From Candidatus Latescibacterota bacterium (GTDB lineage: Bacteria > Latescibacterota > UBA2968): a DNA stretch of 64,000 nucleotides. A program made the position numbers and the translations under genes. This document shows, one piece after another, positions 47,701 through 56,471 of the stretch (within the stretch, counting starts at the first letter, position 1; each line of letters opens with the position of its first letter). The DNA is taken from positions 3,328,001-3,392,000 of the forward strand of contig OZ244960.1 in the NCBI GenBank assembly GCA_965222605.1, written 5' to 3'. The notes below the pieces were generated by a model that saw only the letters and a list, made by a program, of their open reading frames with translations, was not told where the DNA came from and ran no database searches.

Positions 47701-48079
47701 TCTTTGCCTTGATCTGTGCAGCCAGTCGCCGCAAGCCCGCCTCATCCGCATTGGTCGGAGCACCCAGGATCAGTTGTTCTCGAAATTCTTCTGCCAGTCT
47801 TTTTTTTAGCCGAGATGCGGTCTGGTTGTCGAGTCGCCCCTGGTCGGTTGCAAAACTTTTGGCAATCCGCAACTCTTCATGTGGTAACTGTTGCATGCCA
47901 ACGAGAAGACGGCAACAATGACCGTCTCCACCTGCCCACTTTTCGACGTATTCGTCGATTGAACGCCAGCCCCGAAGATTGAAATAGCCAACACAGAAAT
48001 CCGCGCGTTCTGAGACTTCCATGGTCTCGGTCAATGCGGAATGAAGATGCTGTTTAATGTTGTCAAAAATTCGAGGCAT
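44720..48079 (-). CDS. phospholipase D-like nuclease + SNF2-family helicase fusion
   Basis: [15 protein letters not shown]; [34 protein letters not shown]. Confidence 0.92.
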   Translation of the reverse strand: MPRIFDNIKQHLHSALTETMEVSERADFCVGYFNLRGWRSIDEYVEKWAGGDGHCCRLLVGMQQLPHEELRIAKSFATDQGRLDNQTASRLKKRLAEEFREQLILGAPTNADEAGLRRLAAQIKAKKLVVKLFLKHPLHAKLYLLFRPDPISPTVGYLGSSNLTLSGLSYQGELNIDVLDHDSCQKLATWFEDRWNDRWCVDISKELSEIIEESWAREELIPPHQIYIKMAYHLSQEARAGLTEFRIPKDFDNKLLDFQAAAVKIAAHHLNRRGGVIIGDVVGLGKTLMATALARVFEDVHGLETLILCPKNLVPMWEDYHDQYRMRARVLSITRVINTLPDMRRYRLIVIDESHNLRNREGKRYRAIQEYIRENDSKCILLSATPYNKTYLDLSSQLRLFVPEDEDLGIRPERRLREIGETEFIRQHQAFLRSLAAFEQSEHAADWQELMRLYLVRRTRSFIRENYATTDETTKKKYLTFEDGSRSYFPTRVPKTIQFDIGDQYSRLFADNVVDAINGLELPRYGLGNYVTPSPNPPPTSTEEKILDDLSRAGKRLMGFCRTNLFKRLESSGHAFLLSVERHILRNFIFLHAIENDLPLPIGTADAGLLDSHSYDEDVEGTTGNIFEEENDDETENVNEAKVLKTEKDFRQRAAEVYTLYASAYRRRFRWVPSHHFIKNLRKDLMSDAETLRDLLVQFGTWQAEEDTKLRALEDLLMTTHPDRKVLVFTQFADTVRYLGHELAARGVSQMEAVTGDTDNPTLQAWRFSPKSNEKEDRITSDNELRVMISTDVLSEGQNLQDCAIVVNYDLPWAIIRLIQRAGRVDRIGQRADNILCYSFLPADGVERLIRLRARVRTRLDQNAEVVGTDEAFFENEDERAVRNLYNEQSGILDGEEETDVDLSSYAYQIWKNATTADPSLKKKIEDMPSVVHSSRAYAQTPQRPEGALVYMRTAQGHDALAWMDRDGNSVTESQFDILRTAACVPETPALPRHETHHELVYKAAEHIAREEVQVGGQLGRPSSARFRTYERLKNYAESVKDTLFDTELLHRAVDDIYRYPLRQAAVDTLNRQLRSGIADETLAQLVIALRDDDRLCIVHQEDERQEPQIICSMGLIGQ

Positions 48080-48328
48080 GTTGCGATCCAGGGTTTATAA
48101 ATAATCCTATTTGTCCGTGGTCTTTAATAACCGCCATCAGATTCTATTTAAAAATCTCCTTACTGTCAAGGACTGGGCATTTGATATTGTAAAGATAAAG
48201 TCCTATCTTTCGCAGAGGTTCTGCACTGTTTGCCAATACAGCGCATATCGGGTTTGCGTTCCCCGATATGTTGAGTTATACTTCTGATAATGTGATTGAA
48301 TAGCATTTTGAATTCAAGGAGGTACGAG

Positions 48329-49420
48329 ATGGCGGATACACTGATGGCCGAGGTGGGTATAAAAAGGCGCGAAAAAACAGCCGTGATTGATTGCGATGTT
48401 CATGTGACTATGAAATCGGGGGATATGTGGTTTCAATATCTGGCGGAGGAATGGCACGAGTATCACCGAACCATTGGGGGCCGCGGACGCATCGGGTCGG
48501 GGTATCCCCGCGCCGTGCCAAATGCCGCGCGTCACGATGCATGGCCGCCTTCGGGACCGCCGGGATCCGATTTGGAATTTTTGCGCGCGCAATTGCTGGA
48601 TGAGTGGGATATGGATTACGGTATTTTGACGCCTTTGATCGGCGTGGGTGGGCAGCAAAATTTGCGTTATGCAGCGGCGATGGGACAGGCTGTGAATGAT
48701 TGGCAAGCCGATGCGTGGCTCGGGCCCGAACCGCGGTTGCGCGGGTCTGTGATTGTGCCTTATGAAAATGGGGAGTTGGCTGCGGCAGAAATTGACCGCA
48801 GGGGCGATGATCCGAGATTTGTGCAAGTGCTTCTCATTGTGCGGACAATGGAACCCCTGGGCAGTCGCAAGTACTGGAAGATGTATGAGGCTGCGGTGAG
48901 AAACGGGTTGCCCATTGCGATTCATTTTGGCGGCACAGGCGTAGGGCCAATTACGGGCGCGGGCAAACCCTCGCATTATATTGAGGATCACGGTGGCATG
49001 CCCACGGCATTTCAGGCTCAGGTGACGAGTTTGGTGTATGAAGGCGTGTTTGAAGAGTTTCCAGATTTGAAAGTGGTGTTGATTGAAGGGGGTTTTGCGT
49101 GGATGCCCCCATTGATGTGGCGGCTGGATAGTTGTTATGAGAAGTTGAAGGTGGAGTTGCCGTATTTGAAACGGTTGCCATCGGAGTATATCCGCGATCA
49201 TTTCTGGCTTAGTACGCAGCCTATGGACGAACCCCCACAACGCGAGTACTTTTTTGAGATGATGGATCATATGGATATGAATGATAAGTTGATGTTTGCC
49301 ACAGACTATCCTCACTGGGATTTTGACGCGCCCGATGTGGCTCTGCCTTCAGGTATGGATAAGGATGTGCGACGCAATATTCTGGCGGAAAATGCACGGG
49401 CGTTGTATCAGTTGGCGTGA
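48329..49420 (+). CDS. amidohydrolase_2-fold protein, possibly an amidohydrolase-related dinuclear oxygenase subunit
   Basis: IDCDVH, PIAIHFG, LIEGGFAW, TQPMDEP, FATDYPHWD; linked to a Rieske gene. Confidence 0.85.
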   Translation: MADTLMAEVGIKRREKTAVIDCDVHVTMKSGDMWFQYLAEEWHEYHRTIGGRGRIGSGYPRAVPNAARHDAWPPSGPPGSDLEFLRAQLLDEWDMDYGILTPLIGVGGQQNLRYAAAMGQAVNDWQADAWLGPEPRLRGSVIVPYENGELAAAEIDRRGDDPRFVQVLLIVRTMEPLGSRKYWKMYEAAVRNGLPIAIHFGGTGVGPITGAGKPSHYIEDHGGMPTAFQAQVTSLVYEGVFEEFPDLKVVLIEGGFAWMPPLMWRLDSCYEKLKVELPYLKRLPSEYIRDHFWLSTQPMDEPPQREYFFEMMDHMDMNDKLMFATDYPHWDFDAPDVALPSGMDKDVRRNILAENARALYQLA

Positions 49421-49436
49421 TCACAAGGAGCAAAAA

Positions 49437-49631
49437 ATGAAAATCATCAAGGCTAAAATTCTGGATGCAACACATCTGGAATTAAGCCAACCAGTTCTCG
49501 ATAACCCAGGGGGTGATATTGTGATCGCAGTTCCGGATAAAGACGAAGAGGAACGCGATTGGTTTCACCTCTCAAAAGAGCGGTTCCTGGCGGCTTACGA
49601 CGACGTGGATAAGATTTACGATGACTTATGA
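49437..49631 (+). CDS. putative antitoxin
   Basis: 64 aa, RBS AGGAG, acidic C-terminus (WFHLSKERFLAAYDDVDKIYDDL); overlaps the toxin start. Confidence 0.7.
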   Translation: MKIIKAKILDATHLELSQPVLDNPGGDIVIAVPDKDEEERDWFHLSKERFLAAYDDVDKIYDDL

Positions 49632-49944
49632 GTTCGGGGATATCGTGTTGATTAGATTTCCTCAGTCTGGAATAGATGAGCGCAAACAACGGCCTGCTCT
49701 CATTGTATTAGACATTGGTGACGCTGATGTTGTGGTGGTGCCTATAACATCTCGAGAACGTTTAGATCAAGGTGATATTAAATTGGAAAATTGGTCCGAA
49801 TGCGGATTGTTGAGAGCATCATGGGTGAGGTTGGCAAAAGTTACATGTTTGGAGAAAATCTATATCAATCGTTCTTTGGGACGAGTGACACATGATGATG
49901 AAATACAACTGAAAACATCTTGGCACACATTGTATTCATTGTAA
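49621..49944 (+). CDS. PemK/MazF-family toxin
   Basis: GDIVLIRFP..KQRPALIV..VPITS, GLLRASWVRLAK. Confidence 0.88.
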   Translation: MTYEFGDIVLIRFPQSGIDERKQRPALIVLDIGDADVVVVPITSRERLDQGDIKLENWSECGLLRASWVRLAKVTCLEKIYINRSLGRVTHDDEIQLKTSWHTLYSL

Positions 49945-49954
49945 ATGGGTTGTT

Positions 49955-50386
49955 ATGGCAAAACATATTATCGGAACTGTTGATGAGATCTCACCGGGCG
50001 AGCGGAAGTTGGTGACGATTGAGGGGCGAGAGATTGGGGTGTTTAATGTTCACGGCGAATTTTATGCCCTGAGGAATCGTTGTCCTCATCAGGGGGGCGC
50101 GTTGTGTAAGGGACGTGTGTCGGGTTTTGTGACCGCGAGAGTGCCCGGAGAATACGAGTACACGCGCAAGGGTGAAATTTTGCGGTGTCCATGGCATGGG
50201 TGGGAATACGATATTAAGACGGGGCAGTCGTGGGTCGATCCTTCCAGTGTGCGCGTGCGCAGCTATGAGGTGGAGGTCGCACAGATAGAAGGCGAGGGTG
50301 AAATGGCGGGACTGGTGAAGGGGCCTTATGTGGCAGAGACTTATGAGGTGACGGTGGATGAGAGGTATCTCGTTGTGGAAATATGA
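49955..50386 (+). CDS. Rieske 2Fe-2S ferredoxin
   Basis: CPHQG and CPWHG. Confidence 0.93.
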   Translation: MAKHIIGTVDEISPGERKLVTIEGREIGVFNVHGEFYALRNRCPHQGGALCKGRVSGFVTARVPGEYEYTRKGEILRCPWHGWEYDIKTGQSWVDPSSVRVRSYEVEVAQIEGEGEMAGLVKGPYVAETYEVTVDERYLVVEI

Positions 50387-51873
50387 GAGGAGTAATCTTT
50401 CCGATGCGCGTGGGCATTATTTCCCTGTTGCACGAGTCGAATACGTTTATCAGCACGCCAACGACTATGGATTCTTTCCGGCGGGATGGGATTTTTACGG
50501 GTCGGGCGATGTATGAACACTATTCGGGTGGGCATCACGAGGTCAGTGGATTTTTAGAAGGATTGGAGTCGGCAGGCATAGATGCACTGCCGATTTTTCA
50601 TGCGGCTACAACGCCTTCTGGGCGCATTATTAGAGAGACTTGTGAAGAATTGATGCAGATGATGTTTGATCAGGTGGAAGCAGTGGGCGAAATGGATGGG
50701 TACCTGGTGGCGCCTCATGGGGCAAACTCAGGTGAGGGCGATGAGTATCGCGATTTGGATGGGTACTGGTTATCGCGTTTGCGCGAGGTGGTTGGGCTAG
50801 AAAAGCCGATTATTTGCACGATTGATCCGCATGCCAATTTGTCGCCGCGTATGGTTGCGGCATGCGATGCGACCATTGCCTATCGCTCGAATCCCCATCT
50901 CGATCAGAAACAACGCGGGTTGGAAGCTGCGGCGTTGATGGTGCGAACGCTGAAAGGGGAAGTGAAGCCGACGCAAGCGGGTGCTTTTCCCTCTATTGGG
51001 ATTAATATCGAGCGTCAGTTGACTTCTGCGCCACCGTGTTTGCCGATGTATGAATTGGCGGATGAGATACTAAAAGAACCGGGTGTTTTGTCGAATAGTA
51101 TTGTGCTCGGTTTTCCGTATGCCGATGTAGAGGAGATGGGGTCGGCATTTGTGGTGGTGACGGATGATATAGATCTGGCGCAAGTGCTGGCGAATCGGCT
51201 GGCGGATTATTTGTATGCACACCGCGCGGAATTTGTGGGGGAGTATATTACTGTTCCCGATGCCGTCGATATGGCTGTGGGACAGAAGGGACCTGTTTGT
51301 TTGCTCGATATGGGCGATAATGTGGGTGGGGGATCTGCTGGCGATGGTACGGAGATTTTGCACGAATTGCACAGGCGGGGGAATACTACGGGCTTTGTGT
51401 GTATTTTTGATCCGGAATCGCAGCAGCGAGCGCGAGATGCGGGGGTTGGAAATCGCATGGTGCTGGATATCGGTGGCAAGACGGATGATTTACACGGTGC
51501 ATCTTTGATAGCAGAGGTGCGGGTGCGCAGTTTGCACGCGGGGAAGTTTAGAGAATCTGAGGTGCGGCACGGCGGGCGAACTTCTTTTGATATGGGTCCC
51601 ACGGCGATTGTGGAGACGGATACCGGTGTCGCGATTAGTTTGACTTCGCGGCGCGTTGTGCCCGTGAGTCTGGGTTTGATGACGAGTTGCGATCTCGATC
51701 CTGCCGCGTTTCAGGTGGTTGTAGCCAAGGGTGTACATGCCCCTGTTGCGGCATATCAGCCGGTGTGTACGGCTTTGATTCGCGTGGATACACCCGGCGC
51801 AACAGCGGCGGATATGCGAAATTTTGAATACGAGTTTCGCCGCGAGCCGATGTATCCTTTTGAAGAGGTGTGA
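50383..51873 (+). CDS. M81 (MlrC-like) metallopeptidase
   Basis: HESNTF, PHGA, DPHAN, YRSNPHLD, DMGDNVGGG. Confidence 0.9.
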   Translation: MRGVIFPMRVGIISLLHESNTFISTPTTMDSFRRDGIFTGRAMYEHYSGGHHEVSGFLEGLESAGIDALPIFHAATTPSGRIIRETCEELMQMMFDQVEAVGEMDGYLVAPHGANSGEGDEYRDLDGYWLSRLREVVGLEKPIICTIDPHANLSPRMVAACDATIAYRSNPHLDQKQRGLEAAALMVRTLKGEVKPTQAGAFPSIGINIERQLTSAPPCLPMYELADEILKEPGVLSNSIVLGFPYADVEEMGSAFVVVTDDIDLAQVLANRLADYLYAHRAEFVGEYITVPDAVDMAVGQKGPVCLLDMGDNVGGGSAGDGTEILHELHRRGNTTGFVCIFDPESQQRARDAGVGNRMVLDIGGKTDDLHGASLIAEVRVRSLHAGKFRESEVRHGGRTSFDMGPTAIVETDTGVAISLTSRRVVPVSLGLMTSCDLDPAAFQVVVAKGVHAPVAAYQPVCTALIRVDTPGATAADMRNFEYEFRREPMYPFEEV

Positions 51874-51876
51874 TTT

Positions 51877-52638
51877 TTGAAAATTTTATTGACCAATGAC
51901 GACAGTTTGGATTCTCCTCTGTTTCTGTTTGCAGTGGAGTATTTTCAGGCGGTGGGAGATGTGAAAGCCGTGGTGCCTGCCGAAGAGCAGAGTTGGAAAG
52001 GCAAGGCGATGACGCGGTTTGGCACACGTCATGTCGAACCGTTGGATGGTTTTGTGTGTGAGACTTATGCGTTTTCGGGGACGCCAGCGGATTGCGCGAA
52101 TTTTGGTATTTATCATTTGTTTGATGGCGGCAAGCCCGATCTGGTGATTTCGGGTATTAATATGGGCAGCAATGCGGGATTGAGTTTCGCGCTTTCATCG
52201 GGTACGATTGGAGCAGGTTTAGAAGCCAATATCGCGGGGTTGCCGGCTGTGGCATTGTCACAGGTTTTGCCCAGACAGGTGTTTCGGCAGTGGGTTGAGC
52301 AGCGCGCTATGCAACCCAATGTGCTGGAACGGCTGTTAGAAAAGTGTCGCGCGATGTTGCACCGGGTATTTGCGTTTTTGAACGATCGGACAGATTTTCT
52401 GTCTGATCCAGTGACGTGGAATGTGAATATGCCGGCTGAACTATCTGATGACTGGCGCGTTGTACCAACGGTGCTTGGACATACGTTTTACACTTCGTGT
52501 TTTGAGGCATCAGAAGACGGTTATTATCACAATATCGATCAGCCAGAGGTAGAAGAGCGCGCGGGTACAGATGGTATGGTTTTGCGCGAAGGACATGTGA
52601 GTGTTACGCGATTGGATATTCGCACGCTGGGGCAATAA
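51877..52638 (+). CDS. surE: 5'/3'-nucleotidase SurE
   Basis: ILLTNDD, GTPADC, DLVISGINMGSN, SGT. Confidence 0.85.
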   Translation: MKILLTNDDSLDSPLFLFAVEYFQAVGDVKAVVPAEEQSWKGKAMTRFGTRHVEPLDGFVCETYAFSGTPADCANFGIYHLFDGGKPDLVISGINMGSNAGLSFALSSGTIGAGLEANIAGLPAVALSQVLPRQVFRQWVEQRAMQPNVLERLLEKCRAMLHRVFAFLNDRTDFLSDPVTWNVNMPAELSDDWRVVPTVLGHTFYTSCFEASEDGYYHNIDQPEVEERAGTDGMVLREGHVSVTRLDIRTLGQ

Positions 52639-52651
52639 CTGGGAGATTAAA

Positions 52652-53527
52652 ATGGGTGATTTTGTGGGCGTAGTACCTGCTATTGCGACGCCAATGGGGC
52701 AAGACGGACGGTTTAACGAAGAGGTGTTTCGCAAAATTGTAGAATTTAATATCGAAGCCGGTGTTCACGGTTTTTGGGTTGCGGGAGGTACTGGCGAGAG
52801 TGTGTTGCTGGACGATGATGAAAATATGCAGGTTGCATCGGCGATTGTGGATCAATCGAATGGGCGTGCAAAAGTTATTATGCATGTGGGCGCGCCAACA
52901 ACAGATCGCGCAGCGCGATTGGCCGAGCACGCAGCGCGCGTGGGTGCAGATGCGCTGTGTTGTGTGCCGCCATTTTTTTATCGGCGCGATGACGACGATA
53001 TTGCCGAGCATTATCGGATTGTGGCAGGTGCTGCAGATCTGCCGCTTTTTGTGTACAATTTGCCGGGTGCAACAGGCGTGGAAATTACGCCGGGGATGAT
53101 GGCAAAAATTCAAGACCGAGTGCCGCAACTGAAGGGGTTAAAGCATTCGGCACTGACGTTTGCAAATGTACGGACGTTTGCCGAGATGGGGTTGTCGTGT
53201 TTTATAGGCAATCATCGGTTGATGTTGCCGGCGATGACAATTGGTGCGTGTGGGTGTGTGGATGGGCCGTTGAATGTGTTTCCCGAATTGTGGGTGGCGA
53301 TCTGGAAAGCGTATCGGGCAAGTGATTTGAAGGCGGCAGAGGCAGCACAGGATAAAGCGTCGCGTGCTTATGAGGCGTTGAGTGCCGGCGGTGGCTTTCA
53401 TTCGGTGATCAAGGTGGCGTTGAGTGCGCGATTGGGGGTCAATTGTGGAGATCCGAGGTCTCCGGGGCGACCGGCGAGCGATGCACAACGCGCGCAGATT
53501 GTGGAAACCGTGAAGCGTTTGATTTAA
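52652..53527 (+). CDS. dihydrodipicolinate synthase / N-acetylneuraminate lyase family aldolase
   Basis: GGTGES, PPFFY, VYNLP, Schiff-base GLKHS. Confidence 0.9.
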   Translation: MGDFVGVVPAIATPMGQDGRFNEEVFRKIVEFNIEAGVHGFWVAGGTGESVLLDDDENMQVASAIVDQSNGRAKVIMHVGAPTTDRAARLAEHAARVGADALCCVPPFFYRRDDDDIAEHYRIVAGAADLPLFVYNLPGATGVEITPGMMAKIQDRVPQLKGLKHSALTFANVRTFAEMGLSCFIGNHRLMLPAMTIGACGCVDGPLNVFPELWVAIWKAYRASDLKAAEAAQDKASRAYEALSAGGGFHSVIKVALSARLGVNCGDPRSPGRPASDAQRAQIVETVKRLI

Positions 53528-53572
53528 GTGCTCAGATAAGTATCTCAAAAACTTATATCAGAGATAAATCCA

Positions 53573-54262
53573 ATGGCCGATCAGACGATTTTGCTGGTTG
53601 AAGACGATAGGGAATTGGCGGAATTGACGCGCAATTTTTTGCAGAATGAGGGATTTGTGGTCTGGCACGAGTCCGAGGGCAAGGCTGCGCGAGACCGCAT
53701 CTTGGCTTCCCCACCCGATCTGGTCATTTTGGATATTATGTTGCCGGGTATGAACGGATATACCGTATGCCGGGAAGTGCGTCCAGAATACAATGGGCCA
53801 ATTTTATTTTTGACGGCTCGAGATGAAGAATTAGATGAAATGTTGGGTCTGGAGATAGGTGGTGATGATTATGTGACCAAACCCGTGCGACCCCAATTGC
53901 TTTTGGCAAGGGTGCGCGCATTGCTGCGCAGAGCTGTTAGCAAACCGAGTTCTACAGCTTCAAAGCGGGTGAGGGTGGGGGATCTATTGGTAGATGCAAA
54001 TCGGCGGGAGGTCAGGGTGGGAGCGCACGTCGTTGATGTTACGACTTATGAATTTGATTTGCTCTATTATCTGACCAATCGAGCAGGTGAAGTGGTGAGT
54101 CGGCAGGATATTTATCAGGCGTTATTTAACTACGATTACGATGGATTGGATCGCAGTGTGGATGTGTACATCTCTCGTCTCCGCCAAAAGCTCGGCGGAG
54201 ATAATTCGACATCTGTTTCGATCAAAACCGTGCGCGGTGTGGGTTATCTTCTGGCAGGGTAA
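53573..54262 (+). CDS. OmpR-family response regulator (RstA-like)
   Basis: VEDD, LDIMLP, DDYVTKP, DRSVDVYISRLRQKL, KTVRGVGY. Confidence 0.95.
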   Translation: MADQTILLVEDDRELAELTRNFLQNEGFVVWHESEGKAARDRILASPPDLVILDIMLPGMNGYTVCREVRPEYNGPILFLTARDEELDEMLGLEIGGDDYVTKPVRPQLLLARVRALLRRAVSKPSSTASKRVRVGDLLVDANRREVRVGAHVVDVTTYEFDLLYYLTNRAGEVVSRQDIYQALFNYDYDGLDRSVDVYISRLRQKLGGDNSTSVSIKTVRGVGYLLAG

Positions 54263-54288
54263 AGTGTGATTATGCGAGCGAGTGACCG

Positions 54289-55692
54289 ATGAGAAAACAA
54301 TTTATCCGTATTTATGCGGGCATTGTCGTTGTTTTGCTTTTGAGTGCGTTTGGACTTTTGGCAATGTCAAAGCAGTGGGTAGCTTCTGTCCGGCAGGCTG
54401 ATTTTGAGGATAAAACACAGGCACTTATCGCAATGGTGCGCGAGGAACTCGAGGCTGTGGATTCGGATCCCGTGGCGCAATTGCTGGTGCTCAATATGTT
54501 TAGTTTGACGCACCGCATGCCCATTACACTGGAGTCTTTGTTAGTCTTGCCGCTTTCTTCGGCTGAGAAAAGTCGTTTGAAAGCGGGAGAGGTTGTGACT
54601 ATTTCTGTAGAGGAAAGATTGCAGACATACCGGATGGCACCCAATGGCGATGTTATTGTGTTGGGGCCATACCTTCTCGCCGAGATGATTCGGTGGCAGG
54701 ATAATTTGATTGATGCTGGAGATGCTCAGGAAGATGGCGGCAATTTATTTTTTGATATTGACCGGCGTGTGTTTAGTGAGATTGATGTTTTCTTTTTTGG
54801 CATTTTGATCGCGATTTTGTTGGGTATAGGTGGGGCAATTTATTTTTTAATCCGACCTTTTGAACGTCGAATTTACGCATTGTCGGATGCTGCTGAACGA
54901 TTTGGAAAGGGTGATTTGAGTAGCCGATCTCCGGTTGTGACGGGCCATGCCGTAGCGAATTTGGCGCGCAGTTTCAATGGCATGGCGGATCGCATTGAAG
55001 GTTTAGTAGATGGACAGCGGGAGCTTTTAAGATCTGTGTCGCATGAACTGAGAACGCCTCTGGCACGTATTTTTTTTCTTCTCAATCAATTAAAAAATAA
55101 TGGTGTCTCAGAGGATCGGCATACGGATATTCAGCGCATTGAACGCTCGGTGTATGAACTCAATGATCTGGTTGAAGAATTGATGGATTTTGCTCGATTA
55201 GACCGGGATATTTCACATCGCACGGAAATAGATGTGTATGCACAAATGCGAGAACTGCCCGAAATGGTCGCAGAATTGCGCCGGGATATTTCTGTGCATA
55301 TTGACAGTGAACATCTGATAGTCTGGGCAAATGCGACGCATTTCAAACGCGCGCTTACCAATTTGGTTACCAATGCCGTGCGGCATGCCGAGCGCCATAT
55401 CTGGATCACGGGAAAAAAAGTGGATGAAATGGCTCATATCATTGTGGAGGATGACGGCTGTGGTATTCCCGAACATTTGAGAGAGAAAGTATTTGAGCCT
55501 TTTTATCGGGTAGATAAAAATTCCAATAGTGGCGGTACGGGTCTGGGGTTGGCGATTGTGAAGCGCATTGTGATGCAAAACGAAGGGCAGGTGCAGGTGG
55601 AGAACAGGGCACAGGGAGGGGTGAGGTTTACGTTGATTTTTCCGCTTGAAAAAAAAATAAAGACGGGCCGGGCAGAACTGGTGTCGGGATGA
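54289..55692 (+). CDS. HAMP sensor histidine kinase (RstB-like)
   Basis: SHELRTPL, NLVTNA, DDGCG, GTGLGL; two TM segments. Confidence 0.95.
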   Translation: MRKQFIRIYAGIVVVLLLSAFGLLAMSKQWVASVRQADFEDKTQALIAMVREELEAVDSDPVAQLLVLNMFSLTHRMPITLESLLVLPLSSAEKSRLKAGEVVTISVEERLQTYRMAPNGDVIVLGPYLLAEMIRWQDNLIDAGDAQEDGGNLFFDIDRRVFSEIDVFFFGILIAILLGIGGAIYFLIRPFERRIYALSDAAERFGKGDLSSRSPVVTGHAVANLARSFNGMADRIEGLVDGQRELLRSVSHELRTPLARIFFLLNQLKNNGVSEDRHTDIQRIERSVYELNDLVEELMDFARLDRDISHRTEIDVYAQMRELPEMVAELRRDISVHIDSEHLIVWANATHFKRALTNLVTNAVRHAERHIWITGKKVDEMAHIIVEDDGCGIPEHLREKVFEPFYRVDKNSNSGGTGLGLAIVKRIVMQNEGQVQVENRAQGGVRFTLIFPLEKKIKTGRAELVSG

Positions 55693-55738
55693 GCAATTAT
55701 ATTTTCAACCCTTGTGGTATTTTCAGGAAATGGCCGAT

Positions 55739-56470
55739 ATGAAACGGTATTTAATCGCTATACTTTTGATGATTGCAATGCTGTGGTGCGATGCGGTTGC
55801 CAGGGCGCAAGAAAAGCAAGAGGAATCGCCGCCGGCTTTTGTCGATGAAAATGGCGACGGTATTGATGATCGCGTGACCTTCCGCCATCGTCAAAGTCTG
55901 CGATCTCGGGGAAGTGCGCTGTTGTGGGTGCTTTCAGCACCATTGACAAAAGCGCAGCGAATAGCTCTGCAGATCAGGATCAATGAATTACTCGCGGGAG
56001 GGGCAACACCCCGTGAGATTAGAAGGGCTATTTTTGCCGAACTCGAGGGTTTTGGCGTCGATTTAACAGAAACATTTTTGACGCGATTGAATGCGGTGTT
56101 GACAGAAGATCAGATGTCTGCACTTCGCAAAAAGGCCGAGGCTCTAAAGGCGAATGGCGCGACCTATTACAGGATTTACAGAGAGATACGCGACGAGTTG
56201 GCTGTTATGGGAATTAATTGGGATAGGCAGAGACCCGATTACTATAATTCTCTGTTGACAGAAGGCCAGAGGTCTGCGCTCCAAAAAAAAATCGACAAAC
56301 TGGTTGCCGATGGTGCATCTCGTGTTGAAATTCAGAAAGCCATTAACGCAGAGTTGGAAGAGATAATGCGGCGCAATAGACGTAGAAGTCGCACTTCGGG
56401 TGACCGCGATGGCCCTCCGTCGAGATTATCTGAGGAAAAAAAAGGAAAAAGCAGAAAGAAGGGAAACTGA
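55739..56470 (+). CDS. secreted helical-repeat protein with an EF-hand-like loop
   Basis: Signal peptide (ARA), DENGDGIDD, three LTxxQxxAL...GAx...EL repeats, basic tail. Confidence 0.75.
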   Translation: MKRYLIAILLMIAMLWCDAVARAQEKQEESPPAFVDENGDGIDDRVTFRHRQSLRSRGSALLWVLSAPLTKAQRIALQIRINELLAGGATPREIRRAIFAELEGFGVDLTETFLTRLNAVLTEDQMSALRKKAEALKANGATYYRIYREIRDELAVMGINWDRQRPDYYNSLLTEGQRSALQKKIDKLVADGASRVEIQKAINAELEEIMRRNRRRSRTSGDRDGPPSRLSEEKKGKSRKKGN

Positions 56471-56471
56471 A

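Noticed and set aside
41261-48079. Calling the helicase-methylase pair DISARM or BREX
   Set aside because: No DrmA/DrmB (DUF1998), BrxC, PglZ or BrxL genes in the window.
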